Shown: in pieces, positions 51,335 through 63,146 of the stretch | How positions within the stretch are numbered: the first letter of the stretch is position 1 | How the letters are laid out: the number at the start of each line of letters is the position of its first letter | Assembly: GCA_963841435.1 (NCBI GenBank) | Contig: CAWJCS010000005.1 | Coordinates: forward strand, 1,184,001-1,248,000 | Length of the DNA: 64,000 nucleotides | Direction of reading: 5' to 3' | DNA from: an uncultured delta proteobacterium | Lineage (GTDB): Bacteria; Myxococcota_A; Polyangia; Polyangiales; Polyangiaceae | Program-made: the position numbers and the translations under genes | Notes under the pieces: generated by a model | Database searches by the model: none | Seen by the model: only the letters and a program-made list of their open reading frames with translations | What the model was told of the DNA's origin: nothing

Positions 51335-52747
51335 TCACGAAACTCCGAACACGCTGCGCGCGTCCGCGATGCTGCCCTCGATCGCCGCGGCGGCGACCAT
51401 CACCGGGCTCATCAGCACGGTGCGACCCGTGGGGCTGCCCTGGCGCCCCTTGAAATTGCGGTTCGACGACGACGCGCAGAGCTCGCGCCCAATGAGCTTG
51501 TCGGGATTCATCGCGAGGCACATCGAGCAGCCCGGCTTTCGCCATTCCCAGCCGGCGTCGCGGAAAACGGCGTCGAGCCCCTCGGCTTCGGCGGCGCGCG
51601 CCACCTCCATCGAGCCCGGCACGGCGAGCGCCCGCACGCCCGGGGCCACTTTCTTGCCGCGGATGAGCCGCGCGACCTCGCGAAAATCCGAGAGCCGCCC
51701 GTTCGTGCAGCTGCCGATGAACGCGACGTTCACGGGCACGCCCTGGATCGGCTTGCCCGCCTCGAGCTGCATGTACTCGAGCGCCTCCTTGATCGAATCG
51801 CGCTCGGCCTGCGTCTTGCCGTCCTCGGTGCGCGGTACGTTCTCGACGATGCTCACGGCTTGCCCCGGGTTGATCCCCCAGGTCACGGTCGGCGCGATGT
51901 CCCCCGCGTCGAAGCGAACCACGTCGTCGTACGTCGCGTCGGCATCCGAAGCGACCGACTTCCAGAACTCGACCGCGCGCTCCCACGCATCGCCCTTCGG
52001 CGCGAGCTCGCGCCCCTTCAGGTACTCGAACGTCGTCTCGTCCGGATTCACGTAGCCGACGCGTGCACCGCCCTCGATCGACATGTTGCAGAGCGTCATG
52101 CGCTGCTCCATGCCGAGCGCCTCGATCGCCGGCCCCGCGTACTCGTACGCGTAGCCCGTGCCGCCGTTCACGCCGAGTCGGCGGATCACGTGCAAAATGA
52201 TGTCCTTCGCGTACACGCCCGGACCGAGCTTGCCGCTCACCTCGATGCGACGCACCTTGAGTGGCGCGAGGCTCAACGTCTGCGTCGCGAGCACGTCACG
52301 GACCTGCGTCGTGCCGATACCGAACGCGATCGCACCAAAGGCGCCGTGCGTCGACGTGTGCGAATCGCCGCACGCAATGGTCATGCCCGGCTGCGTGAGC
52401 CCGAGCTCGGGACCGATCACGTGCACGATGCCCTGATGACCCGAGTTCATGCCGAAGTAGCGAATGCCGTGCTCCTCGCACGCCTTCTCGAGTGCGACGA
52501 TGAGCCCCTCGGCGAGACTGTCGCGAAACGGCCTGAGCCGCGTATCGGTCGGCACGATGTGGTCGACCGTCGCGAAGCTGCGATCGGGCCGCGCCACGCC
52601 GAGCCCGAGGTCCTTCAGCATCCCGAACGCCTGCGGGCTCGTCACCTCGTGCAACAGGTGCAACCCGATGAAAATCTGCGACGCGCCCGACGGCAAATCG
52701 CGAACCCGGTGTCGCTCCCACACCTTCTGGAAGAGGTTCTTTCCCAT
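51335..52747 (-). CDS. leuC: 3-isopropylmalate dehydratase large subunit
   Basis: [47 protein letters not shown]. Confidence 0.98.
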   Translation of the reverse strand: MGKNLFQKVWERHRVRDLPSGASQIFIGLHLLHEVTSPQAFGMLKDLGLGVARPDRSFATVDHIVPTDTRLRPFRDSLAEGLIVALEKACEEHGIRYFGMNSGHQGIVHVIGPELGLTQPGMTIACGDSHTSTHGAFGAIAFGIGTTQVRDVLATQTLSLAPLKVRRIEVSGKLGPGVYAKDIILHVIRRLGVNGGTGYAYEYAGPAIEALGMEQRMTLCNMSIEGGARVGYVNPDETTFEYLKGRELAPKGDAWERAVEFWKSVASDADATYDDVVRFDAGDIAPTVTWGINPGQAVSIVENVPRTEDGKTQAERDSIKEALEYMQLEAGKPIQGVPVNVAFIGSCTNGRLSDFREVARLIRGKKVAPGVRALAVPGSMEVARAAEAEGLDAVFRDAGWEWRKPGCSMCLAMNPDKLIGRELCASSSNRNFKGRQGSPTGRTVLMSPVMVAAAAIEGSIADARSVFGVS

Positions 52748-52769
52748 GCGCTGAGCCTGACCCCCGACA

Positions 52770-52848
52770 ATACTTTAGTCTAGTGAAACTTTCTGCACTC
52801 ATACAGTAGTAATACTAAATCTAACCGACCGCACTGCCGAACCAGTGC
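52770..52848 (-). promoter_or_regulatory. AT-rich leuC upstream region with a Leu-codon cluster (possible leader-peptide control or promoter)
   Basis: Minus-strand codons TTA GAT TTA GTA TTA CTA CTG (52824-52804), stop at 52780. Confidence 0.45.
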
Positions 52849-53123
52849 GCGGCCGAAGTCTCGTGGAAGCTGCCCCCGCACCGTCCGCAACGTTCGGCCC
52901 GCGTCCTCGGCAAAGCCTCCGGGCGCGGGCGCCCGCCAAGCGCCCGCTTCGCGGTCGCGGGGGCGCCAACACACCGCTGCTCCCCGTTCGTCGCCACTGC
53001 TGACCACGAGCACGCGACATCGCACGCCCGTCGTCGCAAACCGTACGGCGGCGACGTGCCAACCAAGCGGCACAGGACCCTCAGCTCTTCACCGGCGCTC
53101 GGCAGAACCCATTGGCCCGCAGG

Positions 53124-53228
53124 GCACGACTTCGCGCCGCACGACTTCGCGCCGCACGACTTCGCGCCGCACGACTTCGCGCCGCACGACCTCGCGCCGC
53201 ACGACCTCGCGCCGCACGACTTTGCGCG
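53124..53228 (+). repeat. Seven 15-bp tandem repeats
   Basis: GCACGAC(T/C)TCGCGCC; last copy degenerate. Confidence 0.93.
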
Positions 53229-53240
53229 GCGCGACCACCC

Positions 53241-53327
53241 CGCCCGCTGCCGCCGCACCGCGCGACGCACCCGCTCCGCCCGCCGCCGCCCGCTGCCGCC
53301 GCACCGCGCGACGCACCCGCTCCGCCC
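53241..53327 (+). repeat. 41-bp direct duplication
   Basis: Copies at 53241-53281 and 53287-53327. Confidence 0.85.
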
Positions 53328-53417
53328 ACCGCCGCCCGCGGCCGCCGCGACGCTCGACCCGTCGCCGCCCGCCGCCGCCTGGTGCGCCCGAGCGACGCCG
53401 GTTGGCGCGGGGGCGGA

Positions 53418-55397
53418 TCAGCGGACGCAGACGCTGCGGCCCACGTCGAGGCCGTGGAGGCCGAGGCTGAAGGACGAGCCCTCTTTCTGGCGCTCCGCGT
53501 GGAAGACGGCGAGCTGGTACACGTTGCCGAGGGTCATGTCGTAGTCGGACGCATGAAGTGTCGTCGTGACGGGCGTCGAGCCCGTGGTCGTCAGCGTCGC
53601 GGAGGAAATGATGGTTTCGTCGGTGTCGGCCAAGAGCGAGAGCGTTCCGCTCAGGGGCACGTGCCAGCCGCCGAGATCGACCGCGAGGTGCCCGTTCAAG
53701 AACACCCAGACGTCGTCGTCGCCCGTGAAGTCGAGACGCACGGAGCTCTGGTTGTCGTAGCGGAACCACAGCTTCACCTCGGTCGTGAAGTGGAAGTTGT
53801 GAGTGGGGGATGGGAACGGCGCCGTCGCCGTGGGGATCGGCGTCGTCACGCCGAGAGTGGTCGCGACGGTGGTTTCCCAGGGCCAGCCCGCCCAACCGTA
53901 CTCCTCGGGTACCTTGCCCTGGTAGCGGGTCTCCGTCAGTATGCCGGGCGCGGAGTCGAGGGGGAAAAATAAGGGGTTCCCGTCGTAAACGGGTTGGTTG
54001 ACGAGCGCGCAGCAGCTGTAGGTAGAGCCGAAGTACGAGCACGGATCGACACAGCTCTCGCCGGGGCCGGGTGTGCAATAGGGGCAACCCGTTCCGGCCT
54101 GCCCGCCGTACTGAGCATGCAGGTACGTCGTCATGCCAGCCCACTGCTCGCCGCTCGCGCCCCAGCGGTTGACGTAGCCTCCCCCGCCGTCGTCGAAGAG
54201 CACGATCTCACCGGGCACCGTCGCGTTGACGCCGGGCGTATCGCGGTACCACTGCGCGAACGCGGCGGCGCCGTGCATGAAGCCGTTGGTCGTGCTCGCC
54301 GTGCTCGATTGCATCGGCTTGCCCTCGGAGTCGAGCAGCGGCTCGACGAGCCCCTGCGCGGCGCCGTTGCTGTTGAAGCTTGGCCCGAAGTCGGGGTGAC
54401 CCCCCGCAACCGTCGAGGCGTTGAAGTCGCGGAACACCGCGGGCACCCGCAAGGCACATTGCCCGGCGACGCGATCGCAGCTCGCCGCGCTGCACGTGAA
54501 GCCTGCCTCGACGGTGCACGTAGACGAGCAGCCGTCGTCGTCCGTCGTGTTGCCGTCGTCACACGCCTCGCCATCGACGACGATGCCGTCTCCGCATACG
54601 CTCTGGCAACCGAGCGCGGGGTCGCATTGCGGCTCCACGCGACAGATCGGCGAGCAACCGTCGAACGCGAGCACGTTGCCGTCGTCGCAGCCTTCGCCGG
54701 CTTCCTTCACGCCGTTGCCGCACGTCGTGGGCGCGCACACGCTCGGCGAGCCGGTACACTTGAAGGTCTCCTCGACGAGGCAGTCGGGCCCACATCCGTC
54801 GTACGGGGAGTTGTTTCCGTCGTCACACGCTTCCCCCGACTCGACGTTGCCGTTGCCGCACACGGCGCCCTCGGTGCACGGCCTGCCCGGCACGGGGCAC
54901 GAATGGCCGGGCTCGGTGGCGCACGTCGCGCTGCAGCCGTCGCCGCTCACGGCGTTGCCGTCGTCGCACGTTTCGTCGCCCGTGAGGAGCCCGTCGCCAC
55001 AGGACGGCGCGCACGTCACGTCCGTGCATTCGGGCTCGTTCTGGCAGGTCCGGGAACAGCCGTCGCCGCTCGTGAGGTTGCCGTCGTCACATTGTTCGTC
55101 GGGATCGCGCACGCCGTCGCCACAGCCGGGCGGGGCCCCGGCCGCGCCGGACTCGCCGCTCACGCCGGCCGAGCTGCTGCCGCCGCTGCCCTTACCGCCC
55201 GACGCTCCACCCCCCTGGCCGCCCGGGCCGCCGGTGCCGCCGACCGACGGCGCTCCGGCCTGGCCCCCCTCAGCGTCGTCGTCGTCGTCCGCAGCGCGCC
55301 TGCCGGAGCACTGCGACAGCGCACCCAGACACAGCATGAAGAGCGCCGCGCGCACCGTTCGTCGCGCGCGCCGAGAAGCAAACGAAGCCCACACCAT
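53418..55397 (-). CDS. Fibro-slime (PA14-like) domain lipoprotein with myxobacterial Cys-rich repeats
   Basis: Five CG(D/N)G...E.CDDGN...DGC repeats; HPDF, NFHFTTE, FTGDDDVWVFLN..LAVDLGG.H, FHAER; start uncertain. Confidence 0.88.
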   Translation of the reverse strand: MVWASFASRRARRTVRAALFMLCLGALSQCSGRRAADDDDDAEGGQAGAPSVGGTGGPGGQGGGASGGKGSGGSSSAGVSGESGAAGAPPGCGDGVRDPDEQCDDGNLTSGDGCSRTCQNEPECTDVTCAPSCGDGLLTGDETCDDGNAVSGDGCSATCATEPGHSCPVPGRPCTEGAVCGNGNVESGEACDDGNNSPYDGCGPDCLVEETFKCTGSPSVCAPTTCGNGVKEAGEGCDDGNVLAFDGCSPICRVEPQCDPALGCQSVCGDGIVVDGEACDDGNTTDDDGCSSTCTVEAGFTCSAASCDRVAGQCALRVPAVFRDFNASTVAGGHPDFGPSFNSNGAAQGLVEPLLDSEGKPMQSSTASTTNGFMHGAAAFAQWYRDTPGVNATVPGEIVLFDDGGGGYVNRWGASGEQWAGMTTYLHAQYGGQAGTGCPYCTPGPGESCVDPCSYFGSTYSCCALVNQPVYDGNPLFFPLDSAPGILTETRYQGKVPEEYGWAGWPWETTVATTLGVTTPIPTATAPFPSPTHNFHFTTEVKLWFRYDNQSSVRLDFTGDDDVWVFLNGHLAVDLGGWHVPLSGTLSLLADTDETIISSATLTTTGSTPVTTTLHASDYDMTLGNVYQLAVFHAERQKEGSSFSLGLHGLDVGRSVCVR

Positions 55398-55568
55398 GAC
55401 ACGATGTTTTTCCGCCTGTTCGACCCGAGGTCAAGCAACACTCCGCGCTTACCTCGCCCTACCTTGGAGCCTCGAGTCCTCGCCAGCTCTCCCGCACGTC
55501 GATCCTCGTGCGCCGACGGCGACGACACGCGCCCGAGGACTTGGCGCGGCATCGAGGCGTCGCGACGC

Positions 55569-56784
55569 TCAGCCGAGCATCTCTGCGAGGTTACGGGCGA
55601 GCCGCAAATACACCTCGGCACCGAGCCGCGCGTCGAAGCTGCACACCTCGCGGAAGTCGTCCTGGCGGATCCTGAGCGCACGAAGCGGCTCGGTGGCGCG
55701 GCAAGGCTGCTGGCTCTTGCCGCCCCCAGCGAGGGACTCGGGATAGAGGACGGACGACGAGCTCATCGTCCAGCCCTGCGGCGTCACGGCCGTGCCGTGC
55801 ATGATGACGTAAGCGACGCGGTCACCCGCGTCGAAACGCGGAATGCGCTGCTCCGCCTCGAAGCTCACCTCGACGGCGGCCGCGCGAGCCTTCTGCACCA
55901 GGTCGCGCGAAAGCCCGCGGAACAGCGGACAGTGCTCGAGGTAGGCGAGGTCACGCGAGGAGAGCGTGGGCTCGCGGTCGTCGCGCGAGACATTCGACTG
56001 GCCGATTTCGATGACCACGGCCGTGGCGTTGTCGGTGGCGCCCTTGGTGAGGGCTTCGTTCACGAGGCTGACGGCAGCTTCCTGCGGGTGCCCGCGGCGG
56101 CTCAAGAGGCCCACCTGGGCTTCGTCGTTGATGGGCTCGTAGGCGCCGTCGCTCAGAATGACGAGGCGATCGCCGGTCGCCACCTCCGCGACCATCTGAT
56201 CGACCTTGACGGTCTCGCCGCCGCCGAGCGAGTTGGTGAGCGCGTTCGGCCCCTCCTGCCCCATGTTCGGCGTCTTGACGCCCGCCGAGACCAGCGAGCC
56301 GTGGAGCGTGTGATCGGTCGTGACCTGGATGGTCGTGGTCGGCCGCGAGAGGTAAGTCCGGGCGTCTCCGACGTGCGCGATGAACGCGTGCGAGCGCAAG
56401 AGCAACACCACCTCCAGCGTGCACCCCATGCCGCGCACGCCGACGCCGCGAGCGGACGCGGCGCGCAGGGCCTCGTGGGCTCGCTGCACGACGCCGAGCA
56501 GCGTCTGGGCCACGTCTTGCCGCGCGGCGAGAGTCGGCATGCGCACGAACGCATCGAAGGCGGTGCCCCAGCCGGGGTTCGAAAGCATGCCGAGCGTTGC
56601 GTCAACCGCCATGCGCGCTGCAACGCCACCGCCGGAGCGGCGCCCCACGCCGTCGGCGACGACGAACAGGCCGAGTGCGTGATCGGCGCCCCAGAACGTC
56701 CTCGTTCTGCTCGCGCTTGGAGCCGATGTGCGATGCACCGCCGTAGGTCGTCAAGAAGTCGAAACGCGACAGTGTCCAGTACAC
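55569..56784 (-). CDS. PP2C Ser/Thr phosphatase fused to a cNMP-binding-like domain; apparent frameshift near 56695
   Basis: SHIG.KREQNED in one frame joins VADGVG, HVGDAR, TDH, LSDG, TDNAT; C-terminal PLFRGL..GDRVAYVI.G. Confidence 0.85.
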
Positions 56785-56942
56785 CGAGACCTCGGATCAG
56801 AGCTTAGCAGGTCGCCGGGCGACAACGTCGCGGTCAATTCGCGAAGCACGCCGCTCCAGCGCGTCGGTGGAACGGCGTCGCATCGTGACGAGCGCGGCTC
56901 GCTCCGGAGGTCGCCACAATCTCCACTCCTCGTCGAACAACG

Positions 56943-59168
56943 TCATGTCTTCTCACAGGCAAAAAGCGTCGCTGAAAGCGCTGGAATCGGCGCGCTCAAC
57001 ATGCCGCCCGTGATCTGCACGGCGGGCAACGCTCGGATCTCGGGGGAGCTCGCGTCGAAACGGTAGGCCTCTGCGCTCGTGCAGGCCGCTTTGCCGGCCG
57101 AGAGCTTGATGGCTGCCTGGTAGTTGTGGCGCTGGTCCTTGTTGATGACGACGATCGTGAGGCGTCCCGGTCGCTTGGTGTCCGTCGCCGCGTAGACGGA
57201 CGCCTTCTCGATGTCACCCTGGGCGAACACGGCGGTGTCGCCGAAGCTTCCGCCCTTACCGTCGTAGTTGCGATAGAGCGCAAACGCTGCCTCGATGTAC
57301 TTCGGCAGGGGACCCACGCCGGCCCCGTTGCCCCAGTAATCGCCCAGGTAGAGGCCCTCCCTGCCGAAGATCCCGAGCACGTCCGCCTGCGCGAGGCCGC
57401 CCGACACGTGATCACCAGTACCGTAGTTGTACTCCGTCAGCGAAATCTTCGTACCGGGGTAGTGCTTTTCGACGAGCTCCTCGAGCCAGGGAATCAGCCG
57501 AATCGGCTTCTGCCACTGATCGACAATCCAGCTCTTTTCCCGGAACGTCGGATCCCAGAGGCTGCGCGGCGCCGCCAGGCGCGCGTCGATCGTCTTGTGC
57601 GACACGTCGTCTTCGGTGATGCGCTTTTGGCCGCGCACTTCCGGGTACCAGTGCACGTCGAGCACGTGCACGAGGCGGCGATGGTATTTCTGCTCGAGCT
57701 TCTTCGCCGTCTCGAGGAAGTACGCGAGGTAGGTCTCGTACTGCTTGTCCTCGTCGGGCGCGCTGGTGAGCGACATGAACTCGCTCCAGCCGAAGGCGAC
57801 CGCGCCGAGCACTTCGGCGCTCGGATCGATTTCGGTGATCATCGAAGCCGTCGCTTCCGTCCGCTCGGCCATCTCCTTGTACGTCGTGTGCTCCGGGTGC
57901 ACGCGCGGGTGGGTCAACGGCCAGAGCGCCGGCTCGTTGTCGAGCGAGTAGAAGCGCACGCCCCCCTTCTTTGCCGGCCCGAAGCGCTTGACGAGCGTGC
58001 GCACGAATTCGTCTTGGAAAACCTTGCCGTCGGTGAGGTCGGGCTTGTCGGACGGCCCCGCCGGGTTCTTGGCGAACGAGCGAACCCAGCGCTTGCTCGG
58101 CGCCTTGTCCGCCTCCTTCACGCTGCCGCGCTTGTCGGCCGACGCGTAGTCAACCATCGGAATGGTGACGAGCGAAGCTTCGCCGCGCTGCTGATTCTCC
58201 GCCACGAAGTCGATGAACTGCGCGCCGGGCACGTCGCAGTCCTTGTAGCCGAGATTCGTACAGGGCCAGTCGTCGCTCGAATGCTGGTAGTCATTCCCGG
58301 CGTTGGAGGCGTTGAGCTCCCAGTTGTAGGCTGTCTGGCGATTGCCACCCATGCGGCGCACGCTGGGCCGCGCGTCCCCCGACTGCTGCGAGTTGATGCC
58401 GTAGACGAAGGGGCTGATGGGACCCACCACGCGCTCCGGCGCGACCTCGAACGCGAGCACGCCGCCTTCGGTCACCGCGAGGGGCGGCTCGGCCTTGGGT
58501 GGGCGTGGACGATCGCGACCCTGGGTCGTCGGCAGCACGGCGAGCGCCACCTGCTTGCCGAAGCTTTCGACCTTGAGCCCACCGATTTGCAGCGTCTCCG
58601 GGTCGTAGCCGAGGCGGAAGATCATGTTCGCCTCGCCGGGTCCGTAGCTCTGACCGGCGATGAAGCGGACGTACACCTTGCGCCACTCTGACGTCGCCGC
58701 GAGCGAATGCATCACGCTCTTCGTGTAGGGCGCGACGCCCTTCTCGAACACGAACTGGGTCTCTGCCGTGCCGTCCTCGCGCGGTCCTGTGGCACGCACG
58801 AAGAACGACGCGAACAGCACGTCGCCCTTTTCGACGGGCGCGGCGTTGGGGGCGACGAGCTGGACGGTCCACTCGGAATTCGACGCCTCCTTCACCTGGG
58901 CCTCGACGGCCTCGGAAAATGGCTGTCCCTCGACGGGCACCTTCTTGATGGCCACCTTCGTCGCATCGCCTGCCACGGTGAACGCATCGAGGCCGGCCGT
59001 GCCGAGCAATGACGTGCTCGGCGGGAGATCGGCGGGCAGCTCGGGAGTCGGCGCCTGATCCGGGCTGCGCGCGCCTGCCTCGGCACCGGTGGTGACCGGT
59101 GCGGGCTTTCGCACGATGCAGCTCGAGAGGGCGAGACCGAGGAGAAGTGTGGCTCGGCGCGGCGACAT
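56943..59168 (-). CDS. GH44 endoglucanase/xyloglucanase lipoprotein with N-terminal CBM-like module
   Basis: R.GGNR..YNWE.NASNAG.D, LDNEPALW..THP, DVHWYPE, TEYNYG; LSSC lipobox. Confidence 0.9.
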   Translation of the reverse strand: MSPRRATLLLGLALSSCIVRKPAPVTTGAEAGARSPDQAPTPELPADLPPSTSLLGTAGLDAFTVAGDATKVAIKKVPVEGQPFSEAVEAQVKEASNSEWTVQLVAPNAAPVEKGDVLFASFFVRATGPREDGTAETQFVFEKGVAPYTKSVMHSLAATSEWRKVYVRFIAGQSYGPGEANMIFRLGYDPETLQIGGLKVESFGKQVALAVLPTTQGRDRPRPPKAEPPLAVTEGGVLAFEVAPERVVGPISPFVYGINSQQSGDARPSVRRMGGNRQTAYNWELNASNAGNDYQHSSDDWPCTNLGYKDCDVPGAQFIDFVAENQQRGEASLVTIPMVDYASADKRGSVKEADKAPSKRWVRSFAKNPAGPSDKPDLTDGKVFQDEFVRTLVKRFGPAKKGGVRFYSLDNEPALWPLTHPRVHPEHTTYKEMAERTEATASMITEIDPSAEVLGAVAFGWSEFMSLTSAPDEDKQYETYLAYFLETAKKLEQKYHRRLVHVLDVHWYPEVRGQKRITEDDVSHKTIDARLAAPRSLWDPTFREKSWIVDQWQKPIRLIPWLEELVEKHYPGTKISLTEYNYGTGDHVSGGLAQADVLGIFGREGLYLGDYWGNGAGVGPLPKYIEAAFALYRNYDGKGGSFGDTAVFAQGDIEKASVYAATDTKRPGRLTIVVINKDQRHNYQAAIKLSAGKAACTSAEAYRFDASSPEIRALPAVQITGGMLSAPIPALSATLFACEKT

Positions 59169-59286
59169 GGCGGCCGAGCCTACCTCGCTCGGCGGCGCAT
59201 GCCAGGGGCTCCGGCCGGAGCGCGGCGCTTCGCTCTTCGGGGAGCGCACCGGCGCTGACGCCACGGGGTCGTGGTATCGAGGGCGC

Positions 59287-60150
59287 ATGCGCGTCCTAGC
59301 TTCCGCTCCGCTCACTCTGGCCATCGCGCTCGGCTGCGCACCGGCACCCGCCCCGAGCGCGCCATCCCCGCCTCCACCGGCTGCCGCAGCGAGCCCCGCC
59401 TCGGCGCCGCCGCCCGCATCCGCCGACCCGATGGCGGCACCCACCTCGCCCGCGGCAGCGGCACCCGCCTCGCCCATCGACGCTGCGGTCAACGCCGCCG
59501 ATCGGTCGCCCGAGGATCGCGCGCTCGACGAGGGCCGCAAGCCGAAGGAGCTGCTCGCCTTCTGCGGCATCACGCCCGGCATGAAGGTCGCCGAGCTCGG
59601 CGCGGGAGGCGGCTACACGACGGAGCTGCTCGCGCGCACGGTGGGGCCGAGCGGTCACGTGTGGGGCCAGAACTCGAAGTTCTTGCTGGAGCGATTTGCG
59701 GAGGGGCCCTGGTCGGCGCGCCTCGCAAAGCCCGTGCTCGGCAACGTCACGCGGAGCGACCGCGACTTCGACGATCCGCTGCCCGCCGACGTCAAGGAGC
59801 TCGACGCCGTTCTGATCGTGCTCTTTTACCACGACACCGTGTGGCAGAAGGTTGACCGCGCGCGCATGAATAGAAGCGTGTTCGCGGCGCTGAAGCCCGG
59901 CGGCAGCTACTGCATAGTAGACCACAGCGCGCGCGCGGGCAGCGGGGCCGGCGACGCCCAGACGCTCCACCGAATCGACGAGGCGCTCGTGAAGCGCGAG
60001 GTGACGAAGGCGGGCTTCGTGCTCGGCGCGGAGAGCCCGTTTCTGGCTAACCCCGCCGATGCGCGCGACTGGAACGCGTCACCGCGCGCGGCCGGGGAGC
60101 GCCGCGGCACGAGCGACCGTTTCGCGCTGCGCTTCCAAAAACCCAAGTGA
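59287..60150 (+). CDS. Predicted SAM-dependent methyltransferase lipoprotein (COG4798-like)
   Basis: ALGC lipobox, D..RKP.ELL, ELGAGGGYTT, YHD, LKPGG, LHRID, SDRF.LRF.KP. Confidence 0.85.
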   Translation: MRVLASAPLTLAIALGCAPAPAPSAPSPPPPAAAASPASAPPPASADPMAAPTSPAAAAPASPIDAAVNAADRSPEDRALDEGRKPKELLAFCGITPGMKVAELGAGGGYTTELLARTVGPSGHVWGQNSKFLLERFAEGPWSARLAKPVLGNVTRSDRDFDDPLPADVKELDAVLIVLFYHDTVWQKVDRARMNRSVFAALKPGGSYCIVDHSARAGSGAGDAQTLHRIDEALVKREVTKAGFVLGAESPFLANPADARDWNASPRAAGERRGTSDRFALRFQKPK

Positions 60151-60214
60151 CACCTCGCGGCATCCTCGCCCGAGCAGACGCCACGTTGCGACGCCACGCG
60201 ACGCCCAGAACTCG

Positions 60215-61584
<1,370 letters not shown>

Positions 61585-61588
<4 letters not shown>

Positions 61589-63039
61589 GCGGCCACCTGG
61601 AGGAACACCGAGAACGTGCTGCCGCTGCCCGGCTCGCTCGTGACGCTGATGAACCCACCGTGCTCTTCGATGATGCCGTGCACGACGCTGAGGCCGAGGC
61701 CCGTCCCCTGACCGATGTCCTTGGTCGTGAAAAATGGCTCGAAGATGCGCCCTTTGGTGGCAGCATCCATGCCTTGGCCGTCGTCGCTGACGCGCAGGTA
61801 GGCGCGCTCCCCACCCGGCGCGCGCCGGCTCACGCCGTCGGGCACGGGCTCGAAGCCGTACGAGATGGTGACGTGGCCACCCTCGTTGCAAGCCTGGATG
61901 GCGTTGACGACGAGATTCGACGCGACCTGCTCCAGCTGCATCGGGTCGCCCATTGCTAGCACGCTCGCGTCGGAAGTGACACTCAGGCTCACGTCACGCT
62001 TCTTCGCCATCGGCTCGAGCAGCTTCACGATCGAGCGCGAGACTCGCCCGAGGTTGACCGCGGCGATCTTCGGCTCGCGTGGACGAGCAAAGTCCATCAA
62101 TTGCCGGATGATCGTCGCGATGCGCTCCGCCTGCTCGGCGACGACGCTCAGGTACTCGGCGTGTGTCGTGCCCTCGGGGACGGTGCGGCGGATCATTTTG
62201 ACACGCCCGACGATCACGTTGAGCGGCGTCCCGAGCTCGTGTGCGACGCCCGCGGCGAGCCGGCCCACGGTGATGAGCCGGTCGGCGTGCCGGAGCTGCT
62301 CGAGCGTCTCGATGCGGGCGAGCGTCTCCTCGTGCATCTGCTTTTTGGCCTGCGCAAGCCGCTCGCACATGGCGTTGACCTCGCGCGCGAGCTCCCCCAC
62401 CTCGTCGTTCTGGTCGAGCGAAAGCGGGCCCTCGAGGTCGCCCTGACCAACGCGCTTGGCCTTGAGCGAAAGCTCGCGCAGGGGCCGACCCACGAGCCAC
62501 ACGCCGACGACCGACACGCACACCCCCGAGATCACGATCATCGCGAGCGTCGCGATGATGCTGTTGACGATGCTGTTTCGGACGTAGACATCGCGCGAAT
62601 CGAGGCTCTCGGCGATCTCGATGACCCCGAGCAGGCGCACGCCTTCACGCACGGGGACCCGCGTGACGAGGTATTGCCGGTCGGGCGCCGCAGGATCGTT
62701 CAGGACGGCGTGATCGACGGCACCCAGCGTTGCGAGCCGCGGTTGCTCGAAGATCGGCAGGCGACCCGAGGCGGAACCGTCGCGGGAGAGCCACTCGATG
62801 CGCAGGCTCGGCCGTTGCTCGTCCGCGCGACGAATGAGCTCGAGCACCTGGTCGGGCCCGAGCGACGACCAGGTGCTCGCCACGGCGACTCCGAGTGTGG
62901 CGCCGATCAAGCGGTGATCTTTGCGCATGTCGGAGTCGAACAGCTCGATCTCACGCTGGACGCGCACCCAGCCGAAGGCAACGACGACCGCGAGCGTGCC
63001 GAGGATGCTGGCGAGCACGACCTTGAACGCGAGCTTCAT
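61585..63039 (-). CDS. Membrane sensor histidine kinase with HAMP domain
   Basis: Two TM segments, DEVGELA, AHELGTPL, NLVVNA, DDGQG, FFTTK, GTGLGL. Confidence 0.95.
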
Positions 63040-63146
63040 CTGACCGCCTGGAGGCTGGGGAGCACCGCCGGCCGGCGCACCATTCCCGCTCGCGAGCTTA
63101 ACACGCCTGCCCAAGCCCCCGCCGACCAATGCTAAAGGCCTCGCCC

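Noticed and set aside
52821-53544. PHDFA / KSCGA pentapeptide ORFs
   Set aside because: Products of the 15-bp repeat with low-complexity flanks; not a pentapeptide-repeat consensus.
53994-56807. 937-aa plus-strand ORF and similar long antisense ORFs (e.g. 28389..29906, 60059..61711)
   Set aside because: Shadow ORFs opposite well-supported genes, expected at high GC.
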